Assembly: GCA_032123435.1 (NCBI GenBank)
Contig: JAQBFJ010000230.1
Coordinates: 1 to 35,980, forward strand
DNA length: 35,980 bases
Source of the DNA: Verrucomicrobiota bacterium
Lineage (GTDB): Bacteria; Verrucomicrobiota; Kiritimatiellia; UBA8416; JAQBFJ01
Reading direction: 5' to 3'
The notes under the pieces: generated by a model
Told to the model about the DNA's origin: nothing
Database searches by the model: none
Seen by the model: the letters and a program-made list of their open reading frames with translations, nothing else
In this document: piece by piece, positions 20,591 through 29,999 of the stretch
Numbering within the stretch: the stretch's first letter is position 1
How the letters are laid out: each line of letters begins with the position of its first letter
Program-made: the position numbers and the translations under genes

Positions 20591-20667
20591 TTTGTACCTT
20601 CTGCCGATTAATAATCAGCCGTGATGACGATATGCATAATTTTGATTTTCCTTACGAAACATGCGAT

Positions 20668-21558
20668 CTAACCTCTGTTTGCCCGCACCTGTCTTTGTCT
20701 GAACAGTTTACGGACATCGCCGAAAAACGGGCGTGCGGTTGACAGGAACATGTTGTCGATCTTGAATTTCTTGAAGATCTTGCGCAGATCCTCCTGTTCT
20801 TTCCCGGCGTGGGCCGCGAAGCTTTCACGTACCGCTGGCGAACCGGTATCAAGCAATACAAGGTCGCCGGTTTCAGGGTCTTCAATTTCGATCAAGCCGA
20901 CGTTCTCCAGGGCGGTTTCGCGCGGATCGGAAACGGGACAGCAGATCAAGTCATGTTTACGCACCGTAACGCGCAGTTCCTTTTCGTATCCGGAATCCAT
21001 GAAGTCGGATATGAGGAACACTACCGCTTTCTTCTTTTGAACGTTGTTGAGAAAACGCAATGCGGCGGAAATATCGGTTCCGCGTCTGGTCTCTTCGGCT
21101 GCGAGTACTTCGCGCACAATACGCATGCTGGCAGTTCTTCCCTTGCGTGGCGGCAGGCATTTGTCTATGCGATCACTGAACAGGATCAGTCCTATTTTGT
21201 CCTGGTTCTTAACTGCGGAAAGCGCCAGTAGACAGCATATTTCCGCGGCTGCTTCGGCTTTTGACCGGGTTCCTGATCCGAAACACTGCGAGCCGGAAAT
21301 GTCCACCAGGAATATAACGGTTAATTCGCGTTCTTCGGCGAACCGTTTTATAAAAGGATGGCCCATTCGCGCGGTTACGTTCCAGTCGATAGAGCGCACA
21401 TCATCACCAGCGACATATTCGCGTACTTCGTCAAATTCGATGCCGCGCCCTTTGAAAACGGAATGATATTCGCCCGACAAATGCTCGTCCACAAGCCGAT
21501 TGGTGATGACCCTGATCTTCCCGACTTGTTTCATTAGTTCTCTGGTGTCTATCGCCAT
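20668..21558 (-). CDS. DUF58 domain protein
   Basis: GEYHSVFKGRGIEFDEVREYVAGDDVRSIDWNVTAR. Confidence 0.93.
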   Translation of the reverse strand: MAIDTRELMKQVGKIRVITNRLVDEHLSGEYHSVFKGRGIEFDEVREYVAGDDVRSIDWNVTARMGHPFIKRFAEERELTVIFLVDISGSQCFGSGTRSKAEAAAEICCLLALSAVKNQDKIGLILFSDRIDKCLPPRKGRTASMRIVREVLAAEETRRGTDISAALRFLNNVQKKKAVVFLISDFMDSGYEKELRVTVRKHDLICCPVSDPRETALENVGLIEIEDPETGDLVLLDTGSPAVRESFAAHAGKEQEDLRKIFKKFKIDNMFLSTARPFFGDVRKLFRQRQVRANRG

Positions 21559-21670
21559 GAGAAGTCCTTATGTTTTTCAGTTTTCTGTTCCGCTTTAATG
21601 CAGGTGATCTCAACGCGGAAACGATTGACGCATTGCACCTGGCGTTGATCCTGCCGTGATGAGCGCGTTT

Positions 21671-22657
21671 TCAAGGCACAACGATATTGCCAAGTATTTG
21701 TGTGATAATATCTTCGCTGGAGACCTCTTCGGCTTCAGCTTCATAAGTAAGTATGATTCTGTGCCTGAGTACATCACAGGCGATCTCCTTTACATCCTGC
21801 GGCGTCGCGTAAGCACGGCCGTTCAACATGGCGTTTGCTCTTGCCGCAAGATTGAGGTAGAGGGTCGCGCGCGGCGATGCGCCGTATTCTATCTGATGTC
21901 CGATATCGAGTTTGTAATCAGCCGGATTCCTTGTCGCGAACACTATATCAAGGATGTAATCGCCAACCTTTTCATCACAGTAAATCTGGTCCAGCACGTT
22001 GCGCATGGTGAAGATCTGTTCAGCGGATAGCGTTTGGTTCACCTTGATTTCCTGGCGCTTTGTGAATCTGTTCATTATTCGCCGTTCATCATCCCGTGCC
22101 GGATAAACTATTTTGCATTTCAGCATAAAACGGTCTATCTGTGCTTCTGGCAATGGATATGTGCCTTCCTGCTCAATGGGATTTTGTGTGGCCATCACCA
22201 GGAATGGTTCCGGCAGTTTGTACGATTTATCGCCTATTGTTACCTGATGTTCCTGCATGGCTTCAAGCAGAGCGGATTGTACCTTGGCTGGAGCGCGGTT
22301 GATTTCGTCTGCCAGCAGAAGATTAGTGAAGACAGGGCCATGTTTAGGCGCGAAGGAACCTTCCTTGGGATTGTATATCATGGTGCCTATAACATCTGCA
22401 GGAAGAAGATCAGGGGTAAATGAAATGCGCTGATATTGCACGCCCAGCGTCTGCGCCAGTGTGCGGACGGCTGTTGTCTTTGCCAAACCAGGAACTCCTT
22501 CCAGCAGTATGTGGCCGCCCGTTATAAGAGCTATGAGCATCCGATCAATAAGCTTTTCCTGACCGACCAGAACCTTGTTTATTTCCGCGCGCAGACTTTC
22601 TATTGCAGCAGCCTGACTGCCGATCAGGTCAGTCGTTTTTTCTATGTCAACATTCAT
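21671..22657 (-). CDS. moxR: MoxR-family AAA+ ATPase
   Basis: EGVPGLAKT, DEINRAPAKVQSALLEAM and NPIEQEGTYPLPEAQIDRF. Confidence 0.95.
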   Translation of the reverse strand: MNVDIEKTTDLIGSQAAAIESLRAEINKVLVGQEKLIDRMLIALITGGHILLEGVPGLAKTTAVRTLAQTLGVQYQRISFTPDLLPADVIGTMIYNPKEGSFAPKHGPVFTNLLLADEINRAPAKVQSALLEAMQEHQVTIGDKSYKLPEPFLVMATQNPIEQEGTYPLPEAQIDRFMLKCKIVYPARDDERRIMNRFTKRQEIKVNQTLSAEQIFTMRNVLDQIYCDEKVGDYILDIVFATRNPADYKLDIGHQIEYGASPRATLYLNLAARANAMLNGRAYATPQDVKEIACDVLRHRIILTYEAEAEEVSSEDIITQILGNIVVP

Positions 22658-22689
22658 GTATTGGCCTTTCTTGCGAATAAGTTTATGCG

Positions 22690-23898
22690 TTACTTGTCTT
22701 TATCGTCTTCCTTTTCCTTGATTAGGTCGGATTTAGTGACGAGCATTGTCTCAACCTTATGCGGAGCAATGATATAAGTCCATTTATTCAATGCCTCGTT
22801 TAGATCGTTAATCTCTATCGCCAGCATGACTCGTTCCTGTGTCTTCTGAAGTTCTTCAGCCGCCAGTTCCAGAGCAGGCTGTTCAGATTCAGATGTGTCT
22901 GACTCAAGACCTTTGTCCGGTTCATCGGTTTCCTCAAGTGTCTGTTCCGGCTGAGGTTCTTCCTGTTGGGCCGGTTTTCCCAATAACGCGCCGCTGACTC
23001 GGATATAACGGCCTGATCCGTCTTCTGTCATGGCGCCTATTTTCAAAGTATAAATCTCGCCTTTCAGGGTGATGGCCGTAAGAATGGACGCGCTGTCCAT
23101 GCCAAGCTGTTCTTCGGTCAGCGCGGGATCGGCGATGTCGTCGAAACGTAAATACGTAAGCGCGGACCGGATTTTGCCGATCTTATCATCATTGGGCTCC
23201 TTGTTACGCGGCAATTCAGGTAAGGCCAGCTTGTTTTCCCCATTAACTGAAAGGATAACATCTTCCTGCTCCGGCATGGTGATGGTAATGTTGGTTATAT
23301 TGTCCGACTGCACATTTAGCAGAATGGTGTTCAGCCAATATCTGGCAAACAAGGGAAAGTCAGTGATGGCTTTGCCCACGAGATATACGCCGTGGTCTGC
23401 CCCTGTATCCACGTAATGTCCATCATAATCGCCGCTGAAACGCTGTGTTTCAGCAGGGCGTTCCCGGCCTTTCCCGATCAGAACTGAGGCGGCTTTCTTG
23501 TCGTTGCTGTCGTAAAGAGTCACTCTGGTTCCAGCCGTCTCTGCTCCGGGCGGCTCGGTGAGCTGGAGTGCCTGACGCTGACTGCTGTCAATGTCAATCA
23601 CCTGTCCGATTGTTGCTTCTGAAAGAGACAGGATTGCGCGCCTTACTTTTTCAAAGTCGACGGGATGATTGAAGTTTTCGGCAAGACACCATATGCCGTC
23701 ATGTTTTACGATGGTTGATAATTCTTGCGGCGACTGCACGACCATTTTGGTAATGTCATTAACATCAAGATTCGGTAGAAGAGGGGAGCCAATGATGTCG
23801 AGAGATACTTTTTCTTCTTTGTCTCGTGATGTTATCAAAGCGGCGCCGACCAACAGAATGGCCAGAGCTGAAAGAATAAGCAGGTTCCTGGTTTTCAT
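22690..23898 (-). CDS. DUF4340 domain protein
   Basis: N-terminal anchor; internally repeated domain; typical position downstream of a GldG-like gene. Confidence 0.75.
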   Translation of the reverse strand: MKTRNLLILSALAILLVGAALITSRDKEEKVSLDIIGSPLLPNLDVNDITKMVVQSPQELSTIVKHDGIWCLAENFNHPVDFEKVRRAILSLSEATIGQVIDIDSSQRQALQLTEPPGAETAGTRVTLYDSNDKKAASVLIGKGRERPAETQRFSGDYDGHYVDTGADHGVYLVGKAITDFPLFARYWLNTILLNVQSDNITNITITMPEQEDVILSVNGENKLALPELPRNKEPNDDKIGKIRSALTYLRFDDIADPALTEEQLGMDSASILTAITLKGEIYTLKIGAMTEDGSGRYIRVSGALLGKPAQQEEPQPEQTLEETDEPDKGLESDTSESEQPALELAAEELQKTQERVMLAIEINDLNEALNKWTYIIAPHKVETMLVTKSDLIKEKEDDKDK

Positions 23899-23938
23899 TT
23901 TCCGGTATAATCTCCTTTTTTGATAAACTTTATTCCTA

Positions 23939-25828
23939 TTATTTGAATCTTCTATACATTGCGAACGCTACTCCCATTACGCATACCAGGAGCGGCATGA
24001 GCGCTATGTTGATGAACTTGAGCTGCATCCCGAGCTGGTCTATATCTTTGCGCAGGTTCTTCTTAACGTTTCTCAGTTCCTGTTTGATCCTGATCTCTTC
24101 ATTCTTGAAGGATTCGAGGGCCTTTTTCTGTTCGTTGCTCAGGATATAGCGTTGATCGGATTCCTTTTGGGCTTGAAGCTGGTTCAGCTTCTGCTGTGTA
24201 TCCGTGAGTTTCATGGTGAGATCCTGCTCTTTTTCGCGCCATTCATTTTGAGCCTTCTGCTCAAGCGCGCGCACGCGTTCGAATGGCCGGTCGAATTTTC
24301 CGCGCGATCTGATCGCAATCAGATCAGTGCTTCCGCTCATTTGTTCCACCGCGTTCTGGAAGAAGTTTATGTTGTCGTTAAGCGGCTGAAACGCCCTGGC
24401 TCCGAAGAAGTTCATTTCCTGCACGCAGAATCGGTCGTAAATCATATCCGAGTCACCGATAAGGATTACCGCACTGCTTCCTGTCTTAAGCCCGGTATCC
24501 TTTGTTTCGTCCGGTTTTTCTTCCTTTTTGTCCGATCCGGCATCCGCGGATTCAGGTCGGCCGTCTGGAAAAGCTGTTGGGAATGTGCCGGTGATCCGCA
24601 TGGCTATGTTCAATGGGATTCCAGCAGGCTTGAAATCACGGTTTATCGCACCAGCTCCAAACTGGGCGTTCATGAAATGGATCAAGCCGGCATTGCTGGA
24701 AGATGTAAGAAGTGGCGTTACCGTCAGATCATCGGATGTATTGTCGACGAATGTTCCGGAAAATGGCAGCATTATCGAGTCCAGCCTGGCTGTAAGCAGA
24801 TCGTCTTTCGCTATGTTCTCCTTTCTGAGCGACAGCCATACCGGCGAATCTTCAATCTGACCATCGCCGGATCTGATGCGGGAAGCAGCATTCATGTCGG
24901 CAAGAACCTGGGTCTGATCATATTCAATGCCCCAGGCGGCAAGCAGTGGTTTCAGGTTCGAAGCTGCCTTGGGTACGCGATACTGTTGCGGCGGGTTGGC
25001 TTCGAGATCAGCTGTGCTGACAGGATCAAGGAACGCTATTATCTTGCCGCCGCGCATTAGAAACTGATCAATCGCGTACATGGTGATATCAGGCAGATCC
25101 TTTGGATGCACAATGACAAGCGTGTCTATGCCTATATCTATATTGTCCGTGTCGGTTGATACGGGAATGATGTCATAATCCTGCTGAAGATTCTGGAATG
25201 CCAGCCATGTCTGCTGAGGTTGCTGGGCAGGCGCGAACGGCGATGTACTGCCGAGCACGGACAGACTGCTGAGTATACCAATCGTCGATCTTTGCGGATG
25301 CGTGGCCTTGTAAATCAGACGCGATATGTTGTACTCAAGAAGCTCTTCAGCGCGTGGATCAAGGAATGGAATAACCTGTTCCCTGGCGCCGGCTACGGCA
25401 ACCAATCCGAAATAAAGAGGAGGCCCGAACATTTCTATCGGCTGTCCCACAATGCCGTATTTCTGCGCCCATTCTTCAGTGTCTGAATCAGGTTTGGGAT
25501 CGTATTTTTCAATACTGATCCTGCGCGGATTGGTCATCCTGTATTCGTACAGCAGATCTTCAACCTGTTGGGCGTAGGTTTTGAGTGAAACGGGCACGCG
25601 TGGATTACTGCCGTTGAAGAAGAGTTTTAGTGTAACCTTTTCGTCGATATCATTGAGCATGGACTTGCTTCCATCTGAAAGAGAATACAGTTTGTCTGCC
25701 GTAAAATCCTTTCTAAGGTTGAAGCTGTCCAGTATGATATTTACTGCGACCAGACAAGCAAACAAAGCGATCAATCCAATGAAGCCGCCTGCGGCTTTCC
25801 AAACAGAATTTGAATTTATTTTTTTCAT
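23939..25828 (-). CDS. GldG-like ABC transporter auxiliary component
   Basis: DFTADKLYSLS, AIDQFLMRGG, LIAIRSRG, coiled coil and C-terminal TM helix. Confidence 0.88.
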   Translation of the reverse strand: MKKINSNSVWKAAGGFIGLIALFACLVAVNIILDSFNLRKDFTADKLYSLSDGSKSMLNDIDEKVTLKLFFNGSNPRVPVSLKTYAQQVEDLLYEYRMTNPRRISIEKYDPKPDSDTEEWAQKYGIVGQPIEMFGPPLYFGLVAVAGAREQVIPFLDPRAEELLEYNISRLIYKATHPQRSTIGILSSLSVLGSTSPFAPAQQPQQTWLAFQNLQQDYDIIPVSTDTDNIDIGIDTLVIVHPKDLPDITMYAIDQFLMRGGKIIAFLDPVSTADLEANPPQQYRVPKAASNLKPLLAAWGIEYDQTQVLADMNAASRIRSGDGQIEDSPVWLSLRKENIAKDDLLTARLDSIMLPFSGTFVDNTSDDLTVTPLLTSSSNAGLIHFMNAQFGAGAINRDFKPAGIPLNIAMRITGTFPTAFPDGRPESADAGSDKKEEKPDETKDTGLKTGSSAVILIGDSDMIYDRFCVQEMNFFGARAFQPLNDNINFFQNAVEQMSGSTDLIAIRSRGKFDRPFERVRALEQKAQNEWREKEQDLTMKLTDTQQKLNQLQAQKESDQRYILSNEQKKALESFKNEEIRIKQELRNVKKNLRKDIDQLGMQLKFINIALMPLLVCVMGVAFAMYRRFK

Positions 25829-25842
25829 GGTATTATGTTTCC

Positions 25843-26589
25843 TTACGCTGATTTTCTGTTATCGAGCACAATATGAGTGCTCATGATCATGAAGATTATT
25901 ATGCTCAAATAGTAAACAATATCCCGTGCGTCAATGACGCCTCGCTGTATAGATTGAAGATGAGGCATCAGACTGAATGCGGTTACAGCATCGACGAGCC
26001 ATACTGGCGCTTTCCATTCCAGTAATACCCGGATTACAGGTGGCCATCCTGCAATGATCAAAATTAAACAGAAGACGAAAGACAATACAAAACTTATAAC
26101 CTGACTGCGTGTTATTGATGATGTCAGCATGCCTATCGAAACACAGGCGCCGGCAAAAAGAATGGAGCCGATATAGGCGCACATAATGACACCCATATCC
26201 GGATCGCCCAGATAACATACAGTGAATACAATGGGGAATGTTAGACATACTCCTATCAGAATGAACAGCCATGCGGCCATGAATTTACCAATAATCGCCT
26301 GCATCATTGTTACGGGCATGGTGAGCAGAAGTTCAATTGTGCCGCTTCTGCGCTCCTCGGCCCAGAGCCCCATTGTCGCCGCAGGCACGAATAGAAGATA
26401 TACCCACGGATGCCAGAAGAAGAACGGAAGCAAATCCGCTGTCTGTCTTTCATATAGTTGTGTGACAAAGAAAGTCAGGAATCCAGTGAGCACAAGGAAC
26501 ACAACTATAAATACATATGCCACCGGTGATTCGAAATACGATTTCAATTCACGTTTGAAAATTGTAGCCATTATCTTGATGCTGTTCAT
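25843..26589 (-). CDS. GldF-like ABC-2 permease
   Basis: KRELKSYFESPVAY and WAEERRSGTIELLLT; six TM helices; ATG at 26589 follows the upstream stop. Confidence 0.9.
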   Translation of the reverse strand: MNSIKIMATIFKRELKSYFESPVAYVFIVVFLVLTGFLTFFVTQLYERQTADLLPFFFWHPWVYLLFVPAATMGLWAEERRSGTIELLLTMPVTMMQAIIGKFMAAWLFILIGVCLTFPIVFTVCYLGDPDMGVIMCAYIGSILFAGACVSIGMLTSSITRSQVISFVLSFVFCLILIIAGWPPVIRVLLEWKAPVWLVDAVTAFSLMPHLQSIQRGVIDARDIVYYLSIIIFMIMSTHIVLDNRKSA

Positions 26590-26590
26590 T

Positions 26591-27316
26591 TTATGCCTCC
26601 TCGCCGAGAGTAAGTTTTCTGAATACCTCGTCAAGCCGTTTGGAAGGACTCCTGGATTTAAGTTCGTCAGGCGTCCCGTTCGCGACTATTGAGCCTTTGT
26701 TGATGATTATGGCCTTTGTGCAGACGGCGTCTACTTCCTCAAGTATGTGTGTGGAAATAATAATGGCCTTCTCCGCCGCCATTTCGCGGATCATTGTTCT
26801 GACCAGGTGTTTCTGGTTCGGATCAAGACCGTCCGTAGGTTCATCCATTATGAGGATTGGAGGATTGTGAATTATTGCCTGCGCGAAACATGCCCGCTGT
26901 TTGTATCCTTTCGACAGGGTTGCTATCGATTGATGACGCACGGAATCCAGTTTGCATTGCTCTATCGCGGTTGAAACAACCGTGTCGCGTTCCTTCCCGT
27001 GATAGCCGCGGATTTCAGCGGCAAATCGCAGGAAATTAATAACCGTCATAGAGTCATACGCGGGAGCGTTTTCAGGAAGGTATCCTATCTCTGTTTTTAC
27101 CGCTACGGGATCCTTCGCGACATCATGTCCGCAGACATTGATCGAACCTGATGAAGGTGGAAGAAATCCTGTTATCATGCGCATGGTAGTGGTTTTGCCG
27201 GCGCCGTTAGGCCCGAGAAAGCCGAGCACGTCGCCTTTCTCCACATTGAACGATACTCCGTTAACGGCCTGTATCCGGCCAAACGACTTATACAGGTCTT
27301 TTACTTCAATCATCAT
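26591..27316 (-). CDS. GldA-like ABC transporter ATP-binding protein
   Basis: GPNGAGKTT, LSKGYKQR and DEPTDGLDP. Confidence 0.93.
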   Translation of the reverse strand: MMIEVKDLYKSFGRIQAVNGVSFNVEKGDVLGFLGPNGAGKTTTMRMITGFLPPSSGSINVCGHDVAKDPVAVKTEIGYLPENAPAYDSMTVINFLRFAAEIRGYHGKERDTVVSTAIEQCKLDSVRHQSIATLSKGYKQRACFAQAIIHNPPILIMDEPTDGLDPNQKHLVRTMIREMAAEKAIIISTHILEEVDAVCTKAIIINKGSIVANGTPDELKSRSPSKRLDEVFRKLTLGEEA

Positions 27317-27608
27317 ATTTATTCATCTCCTTAAATGCTGAGATCCGAACGAATCTATAGATATCAGCCATGATTACTGTGACAGGTGTTTACAAGTATT
27401 TTGACCATTTTTCAAGATGTTTTTATTGTTCTCCATGTTGTGTGAACATATCCGCGGCAAATGTTCAATGCGCTGATCTCACAGAATGTTGCCTGGCTGT
27501 TGATGATACAGTCGGCACTTACGCGGCAAGACGAGCTTGTGTGTGGAAATGCGGCAACGCCAATCAATAACGGTGTGTTTGAATAAAAAGTTTTTTCCAT
27601 AAGTATTA

Positions 27609-28364
27609 TCAGATATCCCTGTTATCGTCCGTTGTTGAATTCCTGTCTTCTTTCGGAATCACTATCTTGAGAATATTGTTCGTAAATACAGTTTGTACAT
27701 CAGTCCCGTCCTTGACCGGGCCGGGCAGGAGCAGTTTTCTTTCGAACCGGGCTTTTCTGATCTGGTCTGGATTCTGTTCGTCATGACGGGACGATACCGT
27801 AAGGAGCCGACCGTCAAGATTTATGGATATGTTCGAAATGTTCATGTCCGGAATTCCCATTATAACTACGTAATCATCGCGCTGTTCCCGCATGTCGAGG
27901 GCTGGTGACATGCCAAGCGTGCTCCAGCCGGTATCCCAGTTCATGAGCATTTCCTCCATCTGCTGAAAATCAGTGGCCGCTTCCTGAAACATGCGATCCA
28001 TCTTTTCATGAAAATCCATGAAAGGATCGTTCATAAACGATGAGAACAGTGATGATGGTCTGTGTGTGCGTTTAAAGATTCGAGGTGGACGATAATTGAA
28101 CGACAATGATACGCTATTGGCATCATGTTTGTGCGGCGTGGCACCTTTGACCGATTTGTTATCATCAATGTCCTGTGTAGGGCGCGGCGTGCTGATTTCT
28201 TCCTGCATCGGATGCGGCGTTGTCTGGTTCGTTTTTCCAAACAATTTGGCCAGAATCAAAACCTGTAGAGCGATAACTGACAGAAGCAGAACCCGATTAA
28301 AGCTTAACCATCTGCCGGATACCGGTTTGTAATGATTGTTAAATGTATCGTTAGCCATAATCAT
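27609..28364 (-). CDS. Hsp20/alpha-crystallin family protein with N-terminal membrane anchor
   Basis: C-terminal alpha-crystallin domain (PALDMRE..FERKLLLPGPV..ILKIVIPK); hydrophobic VLLLSVIALQVLILAKLF near the N-terminus. Confidence 0.82.
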   Translation of the reverse strand: MIMANDTFNNHYKPVSGRWLSFNRVLLLSVIALQVLILAKLFGKTNQTTPHPMQEEISTPRPTQDIDDNKSVKGATPHKHDANSVSLSFNYRPPRIFKRTHRPSSLFSSFMNDPFMDFHEKMDRMFQEAATDFQQMEEMLMNWDTGWSTLGMSPALDMREQRDDYVVIMGIPDMNISNISINLDGRLLTVSSRHDEQNPDQIRKARFERKLLLPGPVKDGTDVQTVFTNNILKIVIPKEDRNSTTDDNRDI

Positions 28365-28393
28365 TTTCCTGTTAGTCTGTTTACAGGAATTAC

Positions 28394-28409
28394 TGCAGGA
28401 ACCATGCCA
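28394..28409 (-). promoter_or_regulatory. Sigma-54 -24/-12 promoter for the Hsp20 gene
   Basis: Minus strand TGGCATGGTTCCTGCA (GG-N10-GC), 30 bp upstream of the start. Confidence 0.75.
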
Positions 28410-28452
28410 GTCAGGCTTGGCTGTTTTTCCGTCAGTATGACAAGGAAAGGGC

Positions 28453-28486
28453 GCGACATTTTGGCTTCTAATGTGACAAAATGTCC
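28453..28486. promoter_or_regulatory. Putative enhancer (bEBP-binding) sites
   Basis: Tandem near-palindromes GACATTTTGGC and GACAAAATGTC, 20 bp apart, between two sigma-54 promoters. Confidence 0.55.
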
Positions 28487-28606
28487 GGTTAATTCCTGTT
28501 TAAGGCGAACACTGCACAATGCTGGTGCAATGTTCGGGTTTAACGGAGGATCATGAAGATTGCACGTTAATGTGTTTTTATATTAAATTAAAACAGACTC
28601 GAGTTC

Positions 28607-28622
28607 AGGCATAACTTGTGCT
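28607..28622 (+). promoter_or_regulatory. Sigma-54 -24/-12 promoter for the two-component operon
   Basis: AGGCATAACTTGTGCT (GG-N10-GC); AT-rich tract immediately upstream. Confidence 0.6.
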
Positions 28623-28637
28623 TAAATAACAAATACT

Positions 28638-29978
28638 ATGAAAAACGCGCACTTTCGTTCGTCACTTATGATGATAACCACGTTGGTTGTCATTCTTATC
28701 GCAATACTTAGTGCCGCGGCACTTTGGTATCTGCATGATATGCAGTATCGTTCCGCGCACGCGACGGCGGCAATGTCGGTGATGGACAAGGGGGGATTGC
28801 TGGCTAAACATCTCGCCGGCGAGTCTGTTGTCAAAGAAGCAGGCGTCGGAAGCGAAGATTGGAGTGGGTTCTCCCGTCAGATTCGTTCGTTATGCGCTAT
28901 GGACGATGATCTGCAATATGTTTCTGTAATGAAGGACGGGATAACTGTTTTCCATGAGCAAAGGGATTCGATCATTGCATCTGAAGAAGGTTTGAAGAGC
29001 AATGCCGTGCCGCCTGATCTGTCCGTTGGGCTGAGTCGGGAACTATTGGGGATCGGCAATGAAGTTATGCCCGTAGTTGTTTTTTCAACACGGTTCACGG
29101 ATAATGATGGTGTGGACAGGACTATTGAAGTGGCATTGAAAAGGGGTGCCGTTCAACGCGAGGAAATGGCATCAGCGGACACCATAGTTTCCATGTTCAA
29201 GGTATCCTTGCTGACGGTAATTATTTCATTCGGAGTATGTGTTTTGCTCATCATCTGGATGATACGCAGGGAGAATGTCAGAGAGTCGAAACGGAGACAG
29301 GAGGAGCATCTTGCGTTCGCCGGTGTAATGGCTAACGGTATAGTTCATGATTTTCGCAATCCGATGTCGGCATTAAGGCTTGATGTTCAAATGCTGAACA
29401 AGGAGGCGAACAAGCAGGGGGACGCCTGTGATCTTGATCGCCTGAAGGAGTTGTCAGAAAGGGCAAGGATTACAATTGACAGGATGGATAAGGTTTTTCA
29501 GGAATTTTTATATATATCAGGTCCGTCACGTGATAAACGGGAAAAATCCGATTTAACGGCTTGTCTAAAGGATTGTGTCGCTCTGATGAAACCGCGCATT
29601 GAACAGGCCGGGCAGACCTTGGATATAGAGTTTGGCACTGAAAAAATAGAAGTTCTGGCGTATCAGTTGTCGTTAAATCGTGTTCTGCTCAATGTGATTG
29701 GGAACGCGGAGCATTTTGCCGGAAAAGGCGGAATGATAAGGGTGCTTGTATCCAAAATGAAAGATGAGGCTGTTATTGACGTTATGGATAACGGCCCGGG
29801 CATATCTGAAGATGACTTGTCCCGTGTATTTGATATGTTCTTCTCCACGCGGCCGGATGGCACTGGACTTGGTCTGTTTCTGGCAAAAACGGCAGTCGAA
29901 AAAAGCGGTGGTACCATCAAGGCAATGAACAGACCGGAAGGCGGCGCGTGGTTCCGTATTACATTGCAGGTTGCTTGA
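28638..29978 (+). CDS. Membrane sensor histidine kinase
   Basis: Two TM helices; H-box VHDFRNPM; N, G1 (DNGPGI), F and G2 (GTGLGL) boxes. Confidence 0.93.
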   Translation: MKNAHFRSSLMMITTLVVILIAILSAAALWYLHDMQYRSAHATAAMSVMDKGGLLAKHLAGESVVKEAGVGSEDWSGFSRQIRSLCAMDDDLQYVSVMKDGITVFHEQRDSIIASEEGLKSNAVPPDLSVGLSRELLGIGNEVMPVVVFSTRFTDNDGVDRTIEVALKRGAVQREEMASADTIVSMFKVSLLTVIISFGVCVLLIIWMIRRENVRESKRRQEEHLAFAGVMANGIVHDFRNPMSALRLDVQMLNKEANKQGDACDLDRLKELSERARITIDRMDKVFQEFLYISGPSRDKREKSDLTACLKDCVALMKPRIEQAGQTLDIEFGTEKIEVLAYQLSLNRVLLNVIGNAEHFAGKGGMIRVLVSKMKDEAVIDVMDNGPGISEDDLSRVFDMFFSTRPDGTGLGLFLAKTAVEKSGGTIKAMNRPEGGAWFRITLQVA

Positions 29979-29999
29979 AGAAAAGATGCGGACAATTAA

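Noticed and set aside
24152-25060. 302 aa + strand ORF (also 9380-9967 and 33786-34412)
   Set aside because: Antisense or alternate-frame shadows of well-supported genes.
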